DNA from: Mobula hypostoma
Taxonomy: Eukaryota
Assembly: GCF_963921235.1 (NCBI RefSeq)
Contig: NC_086111.1
Location: forward strand, 48,918,001-48,982,000
DNA length: 64,000 nt
Direction: 5' to 3'
Positions within the stretch are counted from its first letter, which is position 1; each line of letters opens with the position of its first letter. Positions 37,966 to 50,560 of this stretch are shown piece after piece. A program made the position numbers and the translations under genes. Under the pieces are notes generated by a model. The model worked only from the letters and a program-made list of their open reading frames with translations. It was not told the DNA's origin and ran no database searches.

Positions 37966-38559
37966 GCTGCAATTCTTACATATTTCAAAGTCTAGATTTT
38001 TGCAAATTACCAAGCCTTTCTATTTTATTTGCTATTTGTAATCTATTTCCTCAAATATTCTTGTTAGAATATTAAGTTACAGTTATTGAATTTTCAGTTG
38101 AAAGACTATTTTTCTTAACTTATTATTCTAGCTTGTCCAGTAGCAAATGAAATAACAAAGGTCTGGTCACCCTGTAATATGCATTTGGGTTAATCAGTAC
38201 ATGGGCCCAATCAGCAAGTGGCTTTTATTAACAACAAATGTGGAGCAAGAATGTTTACCATACCATAGATGGTTGTAACCAGATCGATTTCTGAGCTTGT
38301 GCAAGGCCCATATGACACGTTTGTTCAGTTCTGAGAGGTAATTGTGAGACCCTGAAGCTTCGACATGCTTCAGTTTGGCATTGCAATATACATTTTCATA
38401 ATGTTGAAAAAGCTTGTTTGTAAATGTAAATTGCAAACAAAGGATTAGATTTTTCAAAGAGAAAGCATAATGTGTTAATGAGATCATTGACCTTAGTAAG
38501 GCTATTGACAAGATCTCACATGGGAACATGGTCAAAAAGTTGGAGATGATAGTATCTAG

Positions 38560-39620
38560 GATCGAAATCAGGTTTATTATTTCTAGCTTATGTGATGTGA
38601 AATTTGTTTTGTGGCAGCAGTACAGTGCAAAGACATATAATTAGTACAGATTGCAAATAGTGGGAAAGAGAGAAATAGTTGGCTGTGTTTATGGGTTGAT
38701 GGACCATTCAGATATCTGATAGTGGACAGGAAGATATTCCTGAATTGATGAGTGTAGATCTTAGGGTTCCTCTACCTCTGCCTTTATGGTAGTAATGATA
38801 ATAGGGCATGTTTTAGGTGGAGAGGGTCCTTAACGATGGATGCTGCCTTCTTGAGGCATCACCTGTTGAAGATATCTTTAATGGTGGCTTTGGTTGTGTC
38901 AATAATGGAGCTGGCTGAGTCTACTACCCTCTTCAGCCTCTTGCACTCCTTGTACTATAGCCTCCATACCAGGCTGTGGTGCAGTCAATCAGAATGCTCT
39001 TCACTGTCCACCCGTAAAAATTTCTAAGAGATTTTGGTGACTTGCCAAGTCTTGTCAAACACTCTTAACAAAGTAGAGCTGCTGATGTATCTTCTTCATG
39101 ATCAATATACTGGGTCTAGGACAGAGATGTTGATAACCAGGAACTCAAAGTTGCTCATCCTTACAATCACTGGTCCATGTTCTTGTCCTTCCCTTTCTGA
39201 AGTCAACAATTAATTCCTTAGTCTTGCTGACATTGAGTACAAAGTTGCTGTGACACCACTCAACCAGTCAGTCTATCTCACTGCTATACTCCTACTCACC
39301 GCCATTAAAGATTCTACCAACATCTGTAAAGTCAGCTGCAAATTTATACATGGCATTTGCGCTGTGCTTATTCACGCAGTCATGAGTGTAGACAGAGTAG
39401 AGCAGTGGGCTAGGCACACATCCTTGAGATACACCTGTGTTGATTGTCAGTGAGGAGAAGATGTTACCATTAACCTGTATTAACTGTGGTTTCCCAATGA
39501 GGAAGGATCCATTTCTAGCTGGACGTACAGATGCCCAGATTTGTAGTTTAGTGATTAATGCTGAGGAGATATGAGGATATTGAATGCCAAGCTGTAATCA
39601 ATAAACAGCAGCTTGTGTAT
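38560..39620 (-). mobile_element. Rex1/Babar-type LINE fragment
   Basis: Collinear with 8280-9400. Confidence 0.85.
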
Positions 39621-39621
39621 G

Positions 39622-40660
39622 TAGAATCGTTATGGGTAGAGTTAAGAAATTGCAAGGGTAAAAAGACCATGATGGGAGTTACAGTATATACAGGTCTCTG
39701 AACAGTAGCCAAAATGTGGGCTGAAAATTACAACGGAGATGGAAAATATTTGTCCAAAGGGTAATGCTACGATAATCATGGGAGATTTCAATATGTAAGT
39801 AGATCGGGGAAAATCAGACTGGTGCTGATTTTGGATCCCAAGAGAGAGAACTTGTAGAATGCCTATGAGATGGCTTTTTGGAGCAGCTTGTGGTTGAGTC
39901 CACTAAGGAATCAGCTATTCTGGATTGGATGTTGTGTAATGAACCGATTTTGTTTAGGGAGCTTAAGGTAAAGGAACCCTTTGGACTTTGGAGACAGTGA
40001 TAATAATATGATATAATTCACCCTGCAGTTTGAGAAGGAGAAGCTAAAGTCATATATATCAGTATTACACTGGAGCAAGGGAAATTACAAAGGCATGAGA
40101 GAGGAGCTGGCTAAAGTGGATTGGAAGGGGATACTAGCAGGGATGATGGCAAAGCACCAGTGTCTGGAGTTTCTGGGAGCAATTTGGAAAAGGCAGGAAA
40201 GAGATATCCCAAAGATGAAGAAATTTTCAAGAGGCAAGATGTCATTACCATGGATAATAAGGGAAGTCAAACCCAACATAAAAGCAAAAGTGAAGGCTTA
40301 TAATAGTGTAAAATTTAGTGGAATTTCAGAGGATTGAGAAGCTTTAGGAGGGAAAAGATGAAATATTAAAGTAAACTTGCCGATAATATCAAAAGAGGAT
40401 ACCAAACCCTTTTCAGATATATGAAGAGTAAAAGAAAAGTGAGAGTAGATATCCAACTGCTTGAAAATGACGCTGGAGAGGTAGTAATGTGGGGTGGGCA
40501 TAAGGGAATGGTGAATGAACTGACTAAGTATTATTCATTGCTCTTCACTGTGGAAGACACTAGCAGTATGCCGTAAATTTGAGAGCACTGGGGGCAGAAA
40601 TGAGTGCAGTTGGTATTACAAGGGAGAAGGTGCTTGAGAAACTGAAAGACCTGAACGTAG
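39622..40660 (+). mobile_element. CR1 ORF2 fragment covering the apurinic endonuclease domain and linker
   Basis: IIMGDFN, FLEQLV.E.T..SAILDWMLCNEP, SDNNMI, MREELAKVDW, YFxxxFTVED remnants. Confidence 0.88.
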
Positions 40661-40661
40661 T

Positions 40662-41190
40662 AACAGGGTCAAAAATTTGCCATTCTTTTAACTCAGCATC
40701 AGGCAATCTATCACCTAAGTGATTACACACACGTTGAATGAATCAAATAATAGGTGCAACATCGACAGCAGAACTTATAGGTACAAGCAGAACTTCCACT
40801 TTGTCACTCCAATAAATAGTATCACCAAGATACTGTGACTGTAACTTGTTCACTTTTGCTGCAGTGTTTCAATTGTATTCAAACAGCTTTTCTGAAGGAA
40901 TTTACAAAGATAATGCTACTTGATATTGTAGATTGGTCAAAGTGATCAGGCAGTAGTTGCTGATTGGATCATTACATTCATTAACTTGCTCTTTGCAATA
41001 CAGGATCTCAACTTCAGAATTCCTCATTAAAGAAGTAATGGCAAAATGTTTTGACAGCTGTCCAATTCAAAATTATATTAACATTATGTAAAGTAAAATT
41101 CCAGCTCATGGCAACAAAGGCTATGTGCGCAGGAGCATTTCAGCTACTGCGTGGCCATGCACCTGCACAGCTTAGAGTGAACAGTGCTGT
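40662..41190 (-). mobile_element. Possible hAT transposase remnant with one terminus
   Basis: Minus strand reads CNHLGDRLPDAELKEWQIF; terminus cactgttcactctaagctg resembles a CAGTGTTCCCTCTAA-type TIR. Confidence 0.4.
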
Positions 41191-41199
41191 TATTGCACC

Positions 41200-41480
41200 T
41201 TTGTTCTGTCACTTCCTCAAAGAATTCAGTCACGTTTGTGAGAGACAACCTACCCCTCACAATGCCATGCTGACTATCTTTAATCAGACTCTGCTTCTCC
41301 AAATGCTCGTAAACTCTGTCTCTAAGAATTGTGTCCAATAGTTTTCCCACTAGTGACATAAGGCTCATCTATCTGTAGTTCCCAGGATTATCTCTATTAC
41401 ATTTTTGAACAGAGGAATGGCATTTGCCACTCTCAAATCTTCTGGTACCACTCCTTGGCCAATGAGGATGCAAAGATCCA
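41200..41480 (-). mobile_element. CR1 RT fragment
   Basis: SLVGKLLDTILRDRVYEHLE...DSQHG..RGRLSLTN..EFFEEVT. Confidence 0.85.
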
Positions 41481-42983
41481 TCATCAAAGACATCAGGGTT
41501 TCTTGCAATCCAAATTCTGCTTCATTGCTTAAGCATGAGCAGAGCTTACTTGCAGCCAGGCATAAAACTTGTGCTGTATATTAATGTATTGTGATAGTTT
41601 TTTTTTTCCCAGACAGTTTATAGCACAACATGCATTTTAATGTGCTTTTTCTTCAAATGATACATTGACACATTAGGGAATTTTATTGTGGATAGAAGTT
41701 TACAGTTTATTTCTGCACATCTGTTCCATACTCTCATCTGTTAATTCCATTTTTTGTGTTTTTCTGCATTACTTTGGGGAAATACTAATTGTCCCTTTTT
41801 CGTGCTTGCTCTAGATTTGTGTTATGCTGGTAAATATATTTTTGCCACAATCCCAAATGCACAGGTGAACAACCTAAAATGAAATAGCTCAACAAAATAA
41901 TAGAACAAACATGAATGAAGATGTAAATTATGCAATATTGTTCTCTTTAAAGTCGATTAGCTTAAGGGAAAAAACTGATACCTCTTGCCACAAAGTAAAT
42001 GGAGTGATAAGTATATCATTTTACGTAATGTATACATTCGTATGTAGGAGAGGAATAATAAGGAAAGAGATTTTAAATCTTTCCATATCGTATTAACTTA
42101 TAAAAAGGGCATAATTTTTCCTGTAGGCCAGATGAAGAAAATATTTGATGATTTTTCTTCTAAGGACTTTACTTGCATTCTGTTTAGAGAAAAAAATGTA
42201 CATTGATGAATATTTGACTTATTTCTAATAAAATGTAGATTTTTTTCAATTAATTAGAATTCTGAATGAATGAAGGTGTTTTCAAAGTTCAGGACAGAGC
42301 ACAGTATTCATGCAGTTCAGAAAAATGAATTGTATTGTCTTAAGGTCCACTACATAATACCCCACTATACAGAGAAATAAAATAAGTTTGGTTGCAAAAC
42401 ATATGCATCCAATTTTTTTAAGGAATTAGATGAGTTTTTCAAACTGTATTTCTTAGTTTTTTTATTTATTCAAAATTTCCTTGGTACTGTAAGAACATGA
42501 GTTTAATAGTCATGGTTGGGATAAACATATTTTGGAAAAGGTAGTTTGAAAAAGCTCTGATATTTAATGCAGAGCTTAAAGGAGTCACCTCCTTTTGTGA
42601 TAACTTTTGCTCACCATTCCTTGACTTCTTGTGTTTTACTCATTGGCTAATATTTAACTGGTCTGGAAGACTCAGACATGAATATTTCCATTCTGCCCTT
42701 TTGAAAACTGATGTAATTAATGCCAGCATGTTCCCATGGCAAATCCTTGGTGGGATAGACTGTTTTGTTTCATTTACTTTCTCTCATCTCTGCTACCAAA
42801 TGGTTCATGCAAGCACAACATAAATGTTGTTCACATTTTCAGAAGGTGAATGACTGAATATGATATTTCTCTTAATATATTTATTTTTTTTAAACCAAGG
42901 ATGATAAGGTTGACATCCAATTGTCTATTTGTGTTGTTTGATGTTTAAGTGCAACAGGAACAGAAGTAACTAATATAATGTAG

Positions 42984-43005
42984 CTAACCCTAACCCTAAC
43001 CCTAA
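42984..43005. repeat. Short telomere-like (CCCTAA)3+ tract
   Basis: ctaaccctaaccctaaccctaa. Confidence 0.8.
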
Positions 43006-43499
43006 TGCTTTTTGGTTAGACAAGTACAATAAGGAAGATGTTTCAGCTGGAGCTTTACCCAGAATTTTTTTTATAGATAGTGCAAAGAATCCATTCAAGT
43101 AAATTGTTTCTGGTGTAAGCAATAGGGATTTGTTCAAGGGACACATTGTTTGATGATTGAATACTTGTTCTTGGTATTATTTTTCTGAATTACTTAGTTG
43201 GATTAATGCAAAACAGCTGGCCTTATAAGGATATAATCATTGTAAATGTGAGCACAAGGTTAAAATATTCTCAGTCAAATCTATCATGATGCACTTCTGG
43301 TTTAAAAATATCAAATACACTCGTTGGCTTTGTTAAGTAAGGCGATACTAAGTTCATTGTAAGCATTTTTGAAGAAAATCTGTGCAACACAAAACATTGA
43401 ATTATAAGTATTCGTGCTAGAGAAAGATATTGTGTTGCTATGCATTTCAGCTTGTTTTTCTAATATTACCATATAGAGAATTATCACCAAGTGGCATAA

Positions 43500-44340
43500 T
43501 CACAGAATACTCGTAGCATGAAAGGAAACGACTTGGACCCTCAACTCTGTACTGGCTCTAAGTGAGAACATTCCAACTCATTACACCCAGCCTATAGCCA
43601 TTTCCTTTCAGATACTTATCCTTTTCCTCTCTGAACACTGCAATTGCATCTACCCCCAGCAGTACATCTGGCACAGTGATCAAGATCTAGAACACGTACT
43701 GTGCAAAAATGTTTTTTTACACATTTTACTGCTGCAAAACGACAAATTTCACATCATATAATACAGTGATAATAAACCTATTTCTGGTTACGAACTTCTT
43801 TTGCCGATCACTTTGATTTCATGTCCCTCAATTTCTGAATCCTCTGTCAATGGAACACTTTTTATCTACTTTCTCCATACACTTAATGACTGGAAATACC
43901 TCTGTCAGATCCTTTTCTGTTTGAAAGTGAATCAGAGCTTGTCCGACACACCCAGAGCCTCCCCAGGGCACTGTGTTATTTCCTTTCAGCTACTTATCCA
44001 ACTGTTTCTTCAGTGTCACAATTGAATCTGCCTTTGCTGCTACGCCAGCATTCCCAACACTATAGACTTGCTGCATAAAAAATTTTCTTCCCTTTTACCT
44101 TTGATAATTATTCTGGTCAGTATTCAATCTCTTCTGGTTCTTGACCTTCCGTCCTCTTGTCCACTCTGTTTATACTTCTCCTGATTTCAATCATCTCTAC
44201 CAGATGTATTGGTATCCATATATCTGCAGTCTCTCATCGCTGGAATGATTCTGATGTATTTCTTCTTCAGCCTTAACATCTTTCTTAATTTATGGTACTC
44301 AGAAATGGACACAGTATTTTAGGTGTGGTTGAACCAGTGT
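43500..44340 (-). mobile_element. Decayed CR1 3' fragments
   Basis: cacagaatac tail and ggacacagtattttaggtgtggt (reverse of the PHLEYCV motif). Confidence 0.55.
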
Positions 44341-44349
44341 CATGACTTC

Positions 44350-44960
44350 TTCACTTTAGTATTCCATAACTTGTAGTCGACAATGGATGTTGGGTCCTTT
44401 GTAGGTGAAGCGCCGTCAGTCGATACAAAAGCCAGGGAAGTACGATATGGAGAGCAAGTTTTTGCCCATACAGCAAACTCCATCTCTCCATAAAGCTGAT
44501 AAATCCAAAGGAATGGGAGAGACCAATGCAGTTTGGCACCCGCGATAACTGGCAATGCCTGCATCAGCATTAAGCTCGATGTAGAACCGCCTTAGGGACT
44601 CCAACTCTGGATTTTTCCTTGAGGTTTACTCCCGAATCCTTCCCCATAAGTGAGTATAACTGCAAGGCAGCAGAGGTTTTAGATCAGAGTTTTCCTTTTC
44701 CTAGATGAGCTGCCAACCATTGCTGATGAGTCCTATCTGCCCAGAATGACTGTTTTCAAAGCATCAGTAACCATCTTTTCCCCTTCTCCTGTCAGTAGAA
44801 ATCATTCCACTGGGCTTAATGGCTAAGCCACCCATGAAGGACAGGAGCTGTTCTTGGTTGTCAGAGGCTATTTGAGACTTACACCATTGGGAGCATTTAA
44901 TAGGTAATGGTAGATTATCCCCACTACCACCCCTCTCCCCCCCAACTATGACAATTTTAA
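44350..44960 (-). mobile_element. Probable RTE-type 5' UTR / non-autonomous derivative
   Basis: GC/CpG-elevated block containing tccttttcctagatgagctgccaacc, which resembles RTE 5' regions; no ORF. Confidence 0.45.
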
Positions 44961-46708
44961 GGAATCTATAACTTTTGCTTATTAATGAATTGTTAAACAT
45001 AGATCATGTTGTCTAAATTTTGGCAAAGCTATAGTTTAAGGATAGTTCTTCTGATGTTTTGACAAGCACACTAAGAACAGAATAATGTGTTGATATCCAG
45101 CCATAGCTGTTTGAGAAGTCAGACTGTTGAAACCAATAACCGTGTTGACTACTAAGAGCAACACTTTAATAGCTTATATTTGAGATTCTCAGAGGATGGT
45201 GGTAAGAAGGTACATGGTTATACTTCCTGCTGTGTTATCTCATGTTACTCCAAACCTATTTCAAACTCAGCCTAAATATTTACCAAGCAAAAGCAATAAC
45301 AGCAACATACATTCAAATTAAATTTTTATCGATGACCACCATTCGATTAATAAACCCTATAATAAACTAAGTGCTATAATCCTGTTAATCTAGTAAGTGT
45401 TGATGTCTTAAAATCACTGCTGATTTGTAAGGTTCCTCTACAATGCTACTGTTTCATATATTTGCATCTTCCTTCACTGCAGCATAGATTATGGAAATAA
45501 AAGCTAAAATGCAGACCATTCTAACTCAGCCTTTATTTATTCACAAATGCTTTCACAAAGTTTTCTGCTGCAAGGTCAATGTGGAAAGTATTTTTGCATG
45601 AACTGTTTTTCCAATTTCATGTATTAAAGTGCACTGCTACTATAATATCTATTATTTTATGTGGTGTGAATAGTATTCTATTAGAATCACACATTAGCTT
45701 CTGTTTTTTTAACCATTTGTTGTGGCTATTTTTGGTCTTTTTCAACCCTTCTGTCTGTTCACAAATACATTTTTATTGGAGACTTCAAAATTGTTGCACT
45801 CAAACTTGGAGCCAGTCATCGGTATCTATAGCATCAACTAATAAAATTGTATGAGTCTGCAATTAATTATAGAATGTTGTTTACATTTATTCCTGTTTTG
45901 AAGACCTAAAACAATTTTACTGAAAAATCAGAACTGTTACAATGTATATGTAATTTAATTTAAGAAGTTATAAATGAAGAAAAAAAATACATTGATGATT
46001 GAATGTTCAAAAACCTAACTTAGGTACTTCAATGTGGTATCATTCTTATATTTATATTTTAGAAGGCAACAATAATTTGGTGGCAATGGGAATATTTGTG
46101 TCGTCAGGCATTTAGTTAGTTTGAAAAGCATATATGTGGTGCACTCATGCCATCATCTCAAATAATGTAGCAATGAAGATGAATGAAGAATAATTTAGTG
46201 AAAATGGTTTGTCTACTTTGAAACTCATTTCTGTGAATAGGATGTTAATGGTCAAGTTATAGAATCCATTTCTGATAACTCCTCTGAGCAAATGGCATAA
46301 ATATTAATATTTAAATGTTGAAAACAGACTTGGCTCTTTTAAGCTTTTGAGTTTTTTTGTCATTTGCAAAATCATTGCAAGCAACTGACATGGATAAAAA
46401 GTTACATCTTAAAAGCTGGGCCTGCTTTAAATATTTAAATGTTAATATTTTTGGAAAGAAAGAAGGTAGACTTGCATGGTTCTGTCGTTGAGCTCCATGA
46501 ATATTTCAATGATAAAACACATCATCATGCTGACTACTCATGTGACTTACTGACATTCTCGACATTTCACTGGTTTATTACTTTGATGATCACTACATTA
46601 GCACTCCCTAAAACTTCTACTTCTCAAACTTCTGAAGGAAGTTACTTATACATCTAAGTACATTAAATACTCTTTCAGTCTTTCCAAAAATACCTGACCT
46701 ATTTTAAC

Positions 46709-46932
46709 AACACACATAAAAGTTGCTGGCGAACGCAGCAGGCCAGGCAGCATCTCTAGGAAGAGGTGCAGTCGACGTTTCAGGCCAAGACCCTTCGTCA
46801 GGACTAACGAAGGGTCTCGGCCTGAAACGTCGACTGCACCTCTTCCTAGAGATGCTGCCTGGCCTGCTGCGTTCACCAGCAACTTTTATGTGTGTTGCTT
46901 GAATTTCCAGCATCTGCAGAATTCCTGTTGTT
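46709..46932. mobile_element. Palindromic Penelope cassette with overlapping divergent hammerheads (46770-46805 minus intact, 46803-46835 plus with CTAACGA)
   Basis: Near-perfect ~90-bp inverted arms; exact TSD tgacctattttaac at 46695-46708 and 46933-46946. Confidence 0.93.
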
Positions 46933-47329
46933 TGACCTATTTTAACGTCAACTTTGTTCAGCCAAATGCCAGATTGCATGATAGTCCCAACAATAAAAAC
47001 CATTAATGAATTTTCATCCCATGCTTATTTGATAACCCTTTCATCACATAAAAGCACTGTGAAAATAATATTGTTAAAATACTTGTAACTTGGAGCATAA
47101 CTTGCCTTTAACAAACTGATATTAATTTCAAAGGTGCAGTGAAGTTAGTCAATACAACTGGGCAGAGAATGCAAGTTTGAATTTATCCAAATAAATGTCT
47201 TTTACAAGTGAAAAAGTTATTAGAACATGCAAAGTTATTTTTTATTATGAGCACTTTTAATATTTTATATACATATACATGAACCAGAAGATATTGGGAT
47301 ATATCAGAGAATACAAAGAGATCTGCGGG

Positions 47330-48690
47330 TAAGACCATAAGATATAGGAATGTAGGACCATAAGAAATAAGATGAGCTGAATGGCCTAATCAAGATGGTC
47401 ACAATTCCATCATGGCTGATTTATTATCGCTGTCAATCCCATTCTCTTGCCGGAAAAGGCATAACCTTCAATACTCTGATTCATCAAGAAGGTATCAAGC
47501 TCCTCCTTAAATATATCCATTCACTTGGACTGCAGAGTCATCTGTAGCAATGAATTCCAGATTCACAACCCTCTGGCTAAAGAATGTTTTCCTCATCTCT
47601 ATTCTAAATGGATGTCCTCTTTTCTAGGCTGTACCTGCTAGACCCAGACTTTAACACTATAGGAAACATCCTCTCCACATCCATTCTATTTAGGTCTTTC
47701 AATATTCAATAGATTTCAATAAGATCCACATTCATTCTTCTAAACTCCAGCAAGTATAGGTCCAGCGCCGTCAAATGCTCCTCATGTTAACTCTTCATTC
47801 CAGGAATCATTCCCCTGAGCGTCTTCTGGAGCCTCTCCAGGACCCTCTCCAATGCCAGCATTTCATTTCTCAGATAAGGGGCCCAAATCTCCTCAAAATA
47901 TTCTGAGTACAATCTGACCAATGTCTTACAAAGCTTCAGCATTGTATTCTTCCTTTTGTATTCTAGTCCTCTCGAAATGAATGCTAATGTTGCATTTACC
48001 TTCCTTACCGCTGGCTCACCCTGCAAGTTGACCTTTAGGGAATTCTGCACCAGGTCTCCCAATTCCTTTGCACCTCTAATATTTGACCTATCTCCCCATT
48101 TAGAAAATAGTCCATGCCATTATTCCTTCCACCAAAGTGCTTGACCATGCACTTACCTGCACCACTATCCATCAGCCACTTCTTTGCCTATTCTCGCAAT
48201 CTGTCTAAGTCCTTCTGCAGACACCGTGCTTCCTCAAGACCCATGCCCCCCCCACCTTTGTTTTGTCTGCAAACTTGGCCAGAAAGTCATCAATTCCTTC
48301 ATCCAGATCATTGACATATAACATGAAAAGAAGCGGTCCTAACACCAACTCACCAACTTCTGCAGTACACCATTAGTCATCAGCAGCAAACTTGAAAAGC
48401 ACCCCCCCCCCCGCACTTTATTCTCATGCATTGCCTCTTTCTGGTCAGCTAATCTTCTATCCATACAAGTATCTTCCCTGTAATACCATGGGATGTTATC
48501 TTGTTATGAGGCTCATGTGTGGCACTATGTCAAAGGCCTTCTGGAAATGCAAATAAACAACATCCACTGTCTGTCTTTTTCTATCCTGCCTGTTATTTCC
48601 TCAAAGAATTTCAATGGATTTGTCAGGCAAGATATCTCCTAAAAGAAACCATGCTGACAAAGGTCTATTTTATCATGTGCTTTCAAGAAT
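47330..48690 (-). mobile_element. CR1 LINE, 5'-truncated, same subfamily as 4010-6165
   Basis: taagaccataaga tail; LAFISRGLEYK and LERV; reverse-complement similarity to 4300-6165. Confidence 0.9.
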
Positions 48691-48999
48691 TGATGACTTA
48701 CATCCAGTACTGCTCTATGTTGCATGGATATCTGATGCACTGTTGTGTTCACCCCTCAGTATTGAGTTCTATTAATTTCTCTTGTATCTCTGTACAACAG
48801 GTAGCCAATAATAAGTTCTCCTCTCTTAATCATAAAGAATTTTCCAACATCATCCGTGTGATTTTGTGGTCTCTTTTCAGAGATTGAATGGGTTACTATG
48901 ATGAAAATTCATTGCTTAAAAGGGTTCATTACTCTTCCCTGACTCACTTCTTCTTGTTCCCTCCATCTTCAAGAGGATTTAGGGCAGCAAAAACAGATT

Positions 49000-50560
49000 T
49001 AGAATCATAGAATTGTCTGGCATAGAAACAAGCTGCTTGGCCCATCACATCTTTCCTAATCATTATGCTTATCTGTACAAATCAAACTTGCCAATATTAA
49101 TTCCTCTATGACCTCCAAACTGGCACCCGAACAGATTCAAAGTTCAAATAAAATTTACTGTCAGAGTATGTATATATTACCATATACTACCTTAAGATTC
49201 ATTTCTTGCAGGCGTTAGCAGGAAAATGGAGATACAATAGAAATTTACGAACACTATACATAAACATACAACGACTGACAGAAACTGCGGAAATCAAAAT
49301 AATACTGAAAGCATGAGTTGTAAAGAGTCCTTGAATTTTCATCTGTAAGTCAGAAAATCAGTTCAGAATAGTTGCAATTGACGTTGTCCGCACTGGATCA
49401 GGAGCCCAATGGTTAAAGAATAATAGCTGTTCCTGAACCTTTCCCTCTTATATGTTGATTTGTCACCGCCTCTGATTCAGCCAACAACCAGTGGTGTCAC
49501 TTGACATTGGAGCTGCACTTAGCCACACAATCATAAGTATAAAGTGAAGTGGACCAAGGAATGGTAGATAGAATTTAACCTCAACATGTAAACGATACTC
49601 CATTTTGTTAAATTTAACTGGGGTAGAAATTGCACAAGATCCCATCATCCTCCACACTGCCAAGAGGCTTACCATTAATGCTATATTCTGCCATCATATT
49701 TGACCTACCAAAATGAACCACCTCACCCTTACCTGGGTTGAACTCCATCTGCCACTTCTTATTCCAGTTTGCATCCTATCAATGTCCTGCTGTAACCTCT
49801 GACAACCCTTCACACTATCCACAACACCCCCAATCTTTGTGTCATCAGCAAACTTACTAACCCATCCCTCCACTTCCTCATCCAGGTCATTTATAAACAT
49901 CACAAAGAAAAGGGGTCCTAGAACAGAACCGTGAGGCACACACACCACTGGTCACCAACCTCCATGCAGAATATGACCTGTCTACAACCACTGGTTGAGC
50001 TTCCCCACCGTAGGATTGTGTAAGATTAGATGACATATATTTAAGGTGAAAAAGAAGATTTAAAGGGTTTCTAAAGGTTGAAGTTTTCAGACCAAAGAGT
50101 AGTTAGTATCTGGAATGAACTATGAGAGGACATGGCAGAAGTTGCACAATTTGCTGTCTTTTACACATTGGTTGTTTGTCCATCCTATTGGTGACAGACG
50201 TCCTGGATGGAGTCCCTGGCTATTTCCTAAGATGCTGAGCAGTTCATCTGGCAGGGGTACTTGTGGATACTTCTACAGTGACGTCAAGGTGTTATCAAAG
50301 TGATTATCCCTTTTTATTTCTTAATTCTACCAATATGGCTTTGCTGGACACTTCCCGCCCCCCAAGATATCTTCACAAAAATAGTGACATGATATTCTTT
50401 GTAATCAATAGTGCCACTCTCCTTCCTCTCATACCCACATCTTTATCATGACAAAAGTACCAGTACCCTGGACCAGTAAACAGACAGCCCTGCCCATCGC
50501 TCAATCATGTTTTTGTAATAGCTATAATGTCACAATCCCACATATCCATGTTTTCCATTA
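49000..50560. mobile_element. Jumble of CR1 fragments in both orientations plus a Rex1-type 3' end (49135-49440)
   Basis: ORF 49694..49948 (-) has VPHGSVLGPLFFVMFINDLD...FADDTK; a plus-strand RT remnant lies at ~49440-49600. Confidence 0.75.

Noticed and set aside
44722-44750. gCTGATGAgtcc as another hammerhead
   Set aside because: No properly placed GAAA or stem II partner downstream.
14005-46882. Recurrent short ORFs beginning MLVNAAGQAASLGRG...
   Set aside because: Antisense translations of the non-coding Penelope terminal repeat; they recur because the repeat does, not because of a gene family.
19325-46932. CRISPR-like or miRNA interpretation of the recurring palindromes
   Set aside because: They are dispersed, TSD-bounded retroelement pieces with no spacer array or cas genes in vertebrate-type DNA. 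miRNA status cannot be inferred from a hairpin alone.
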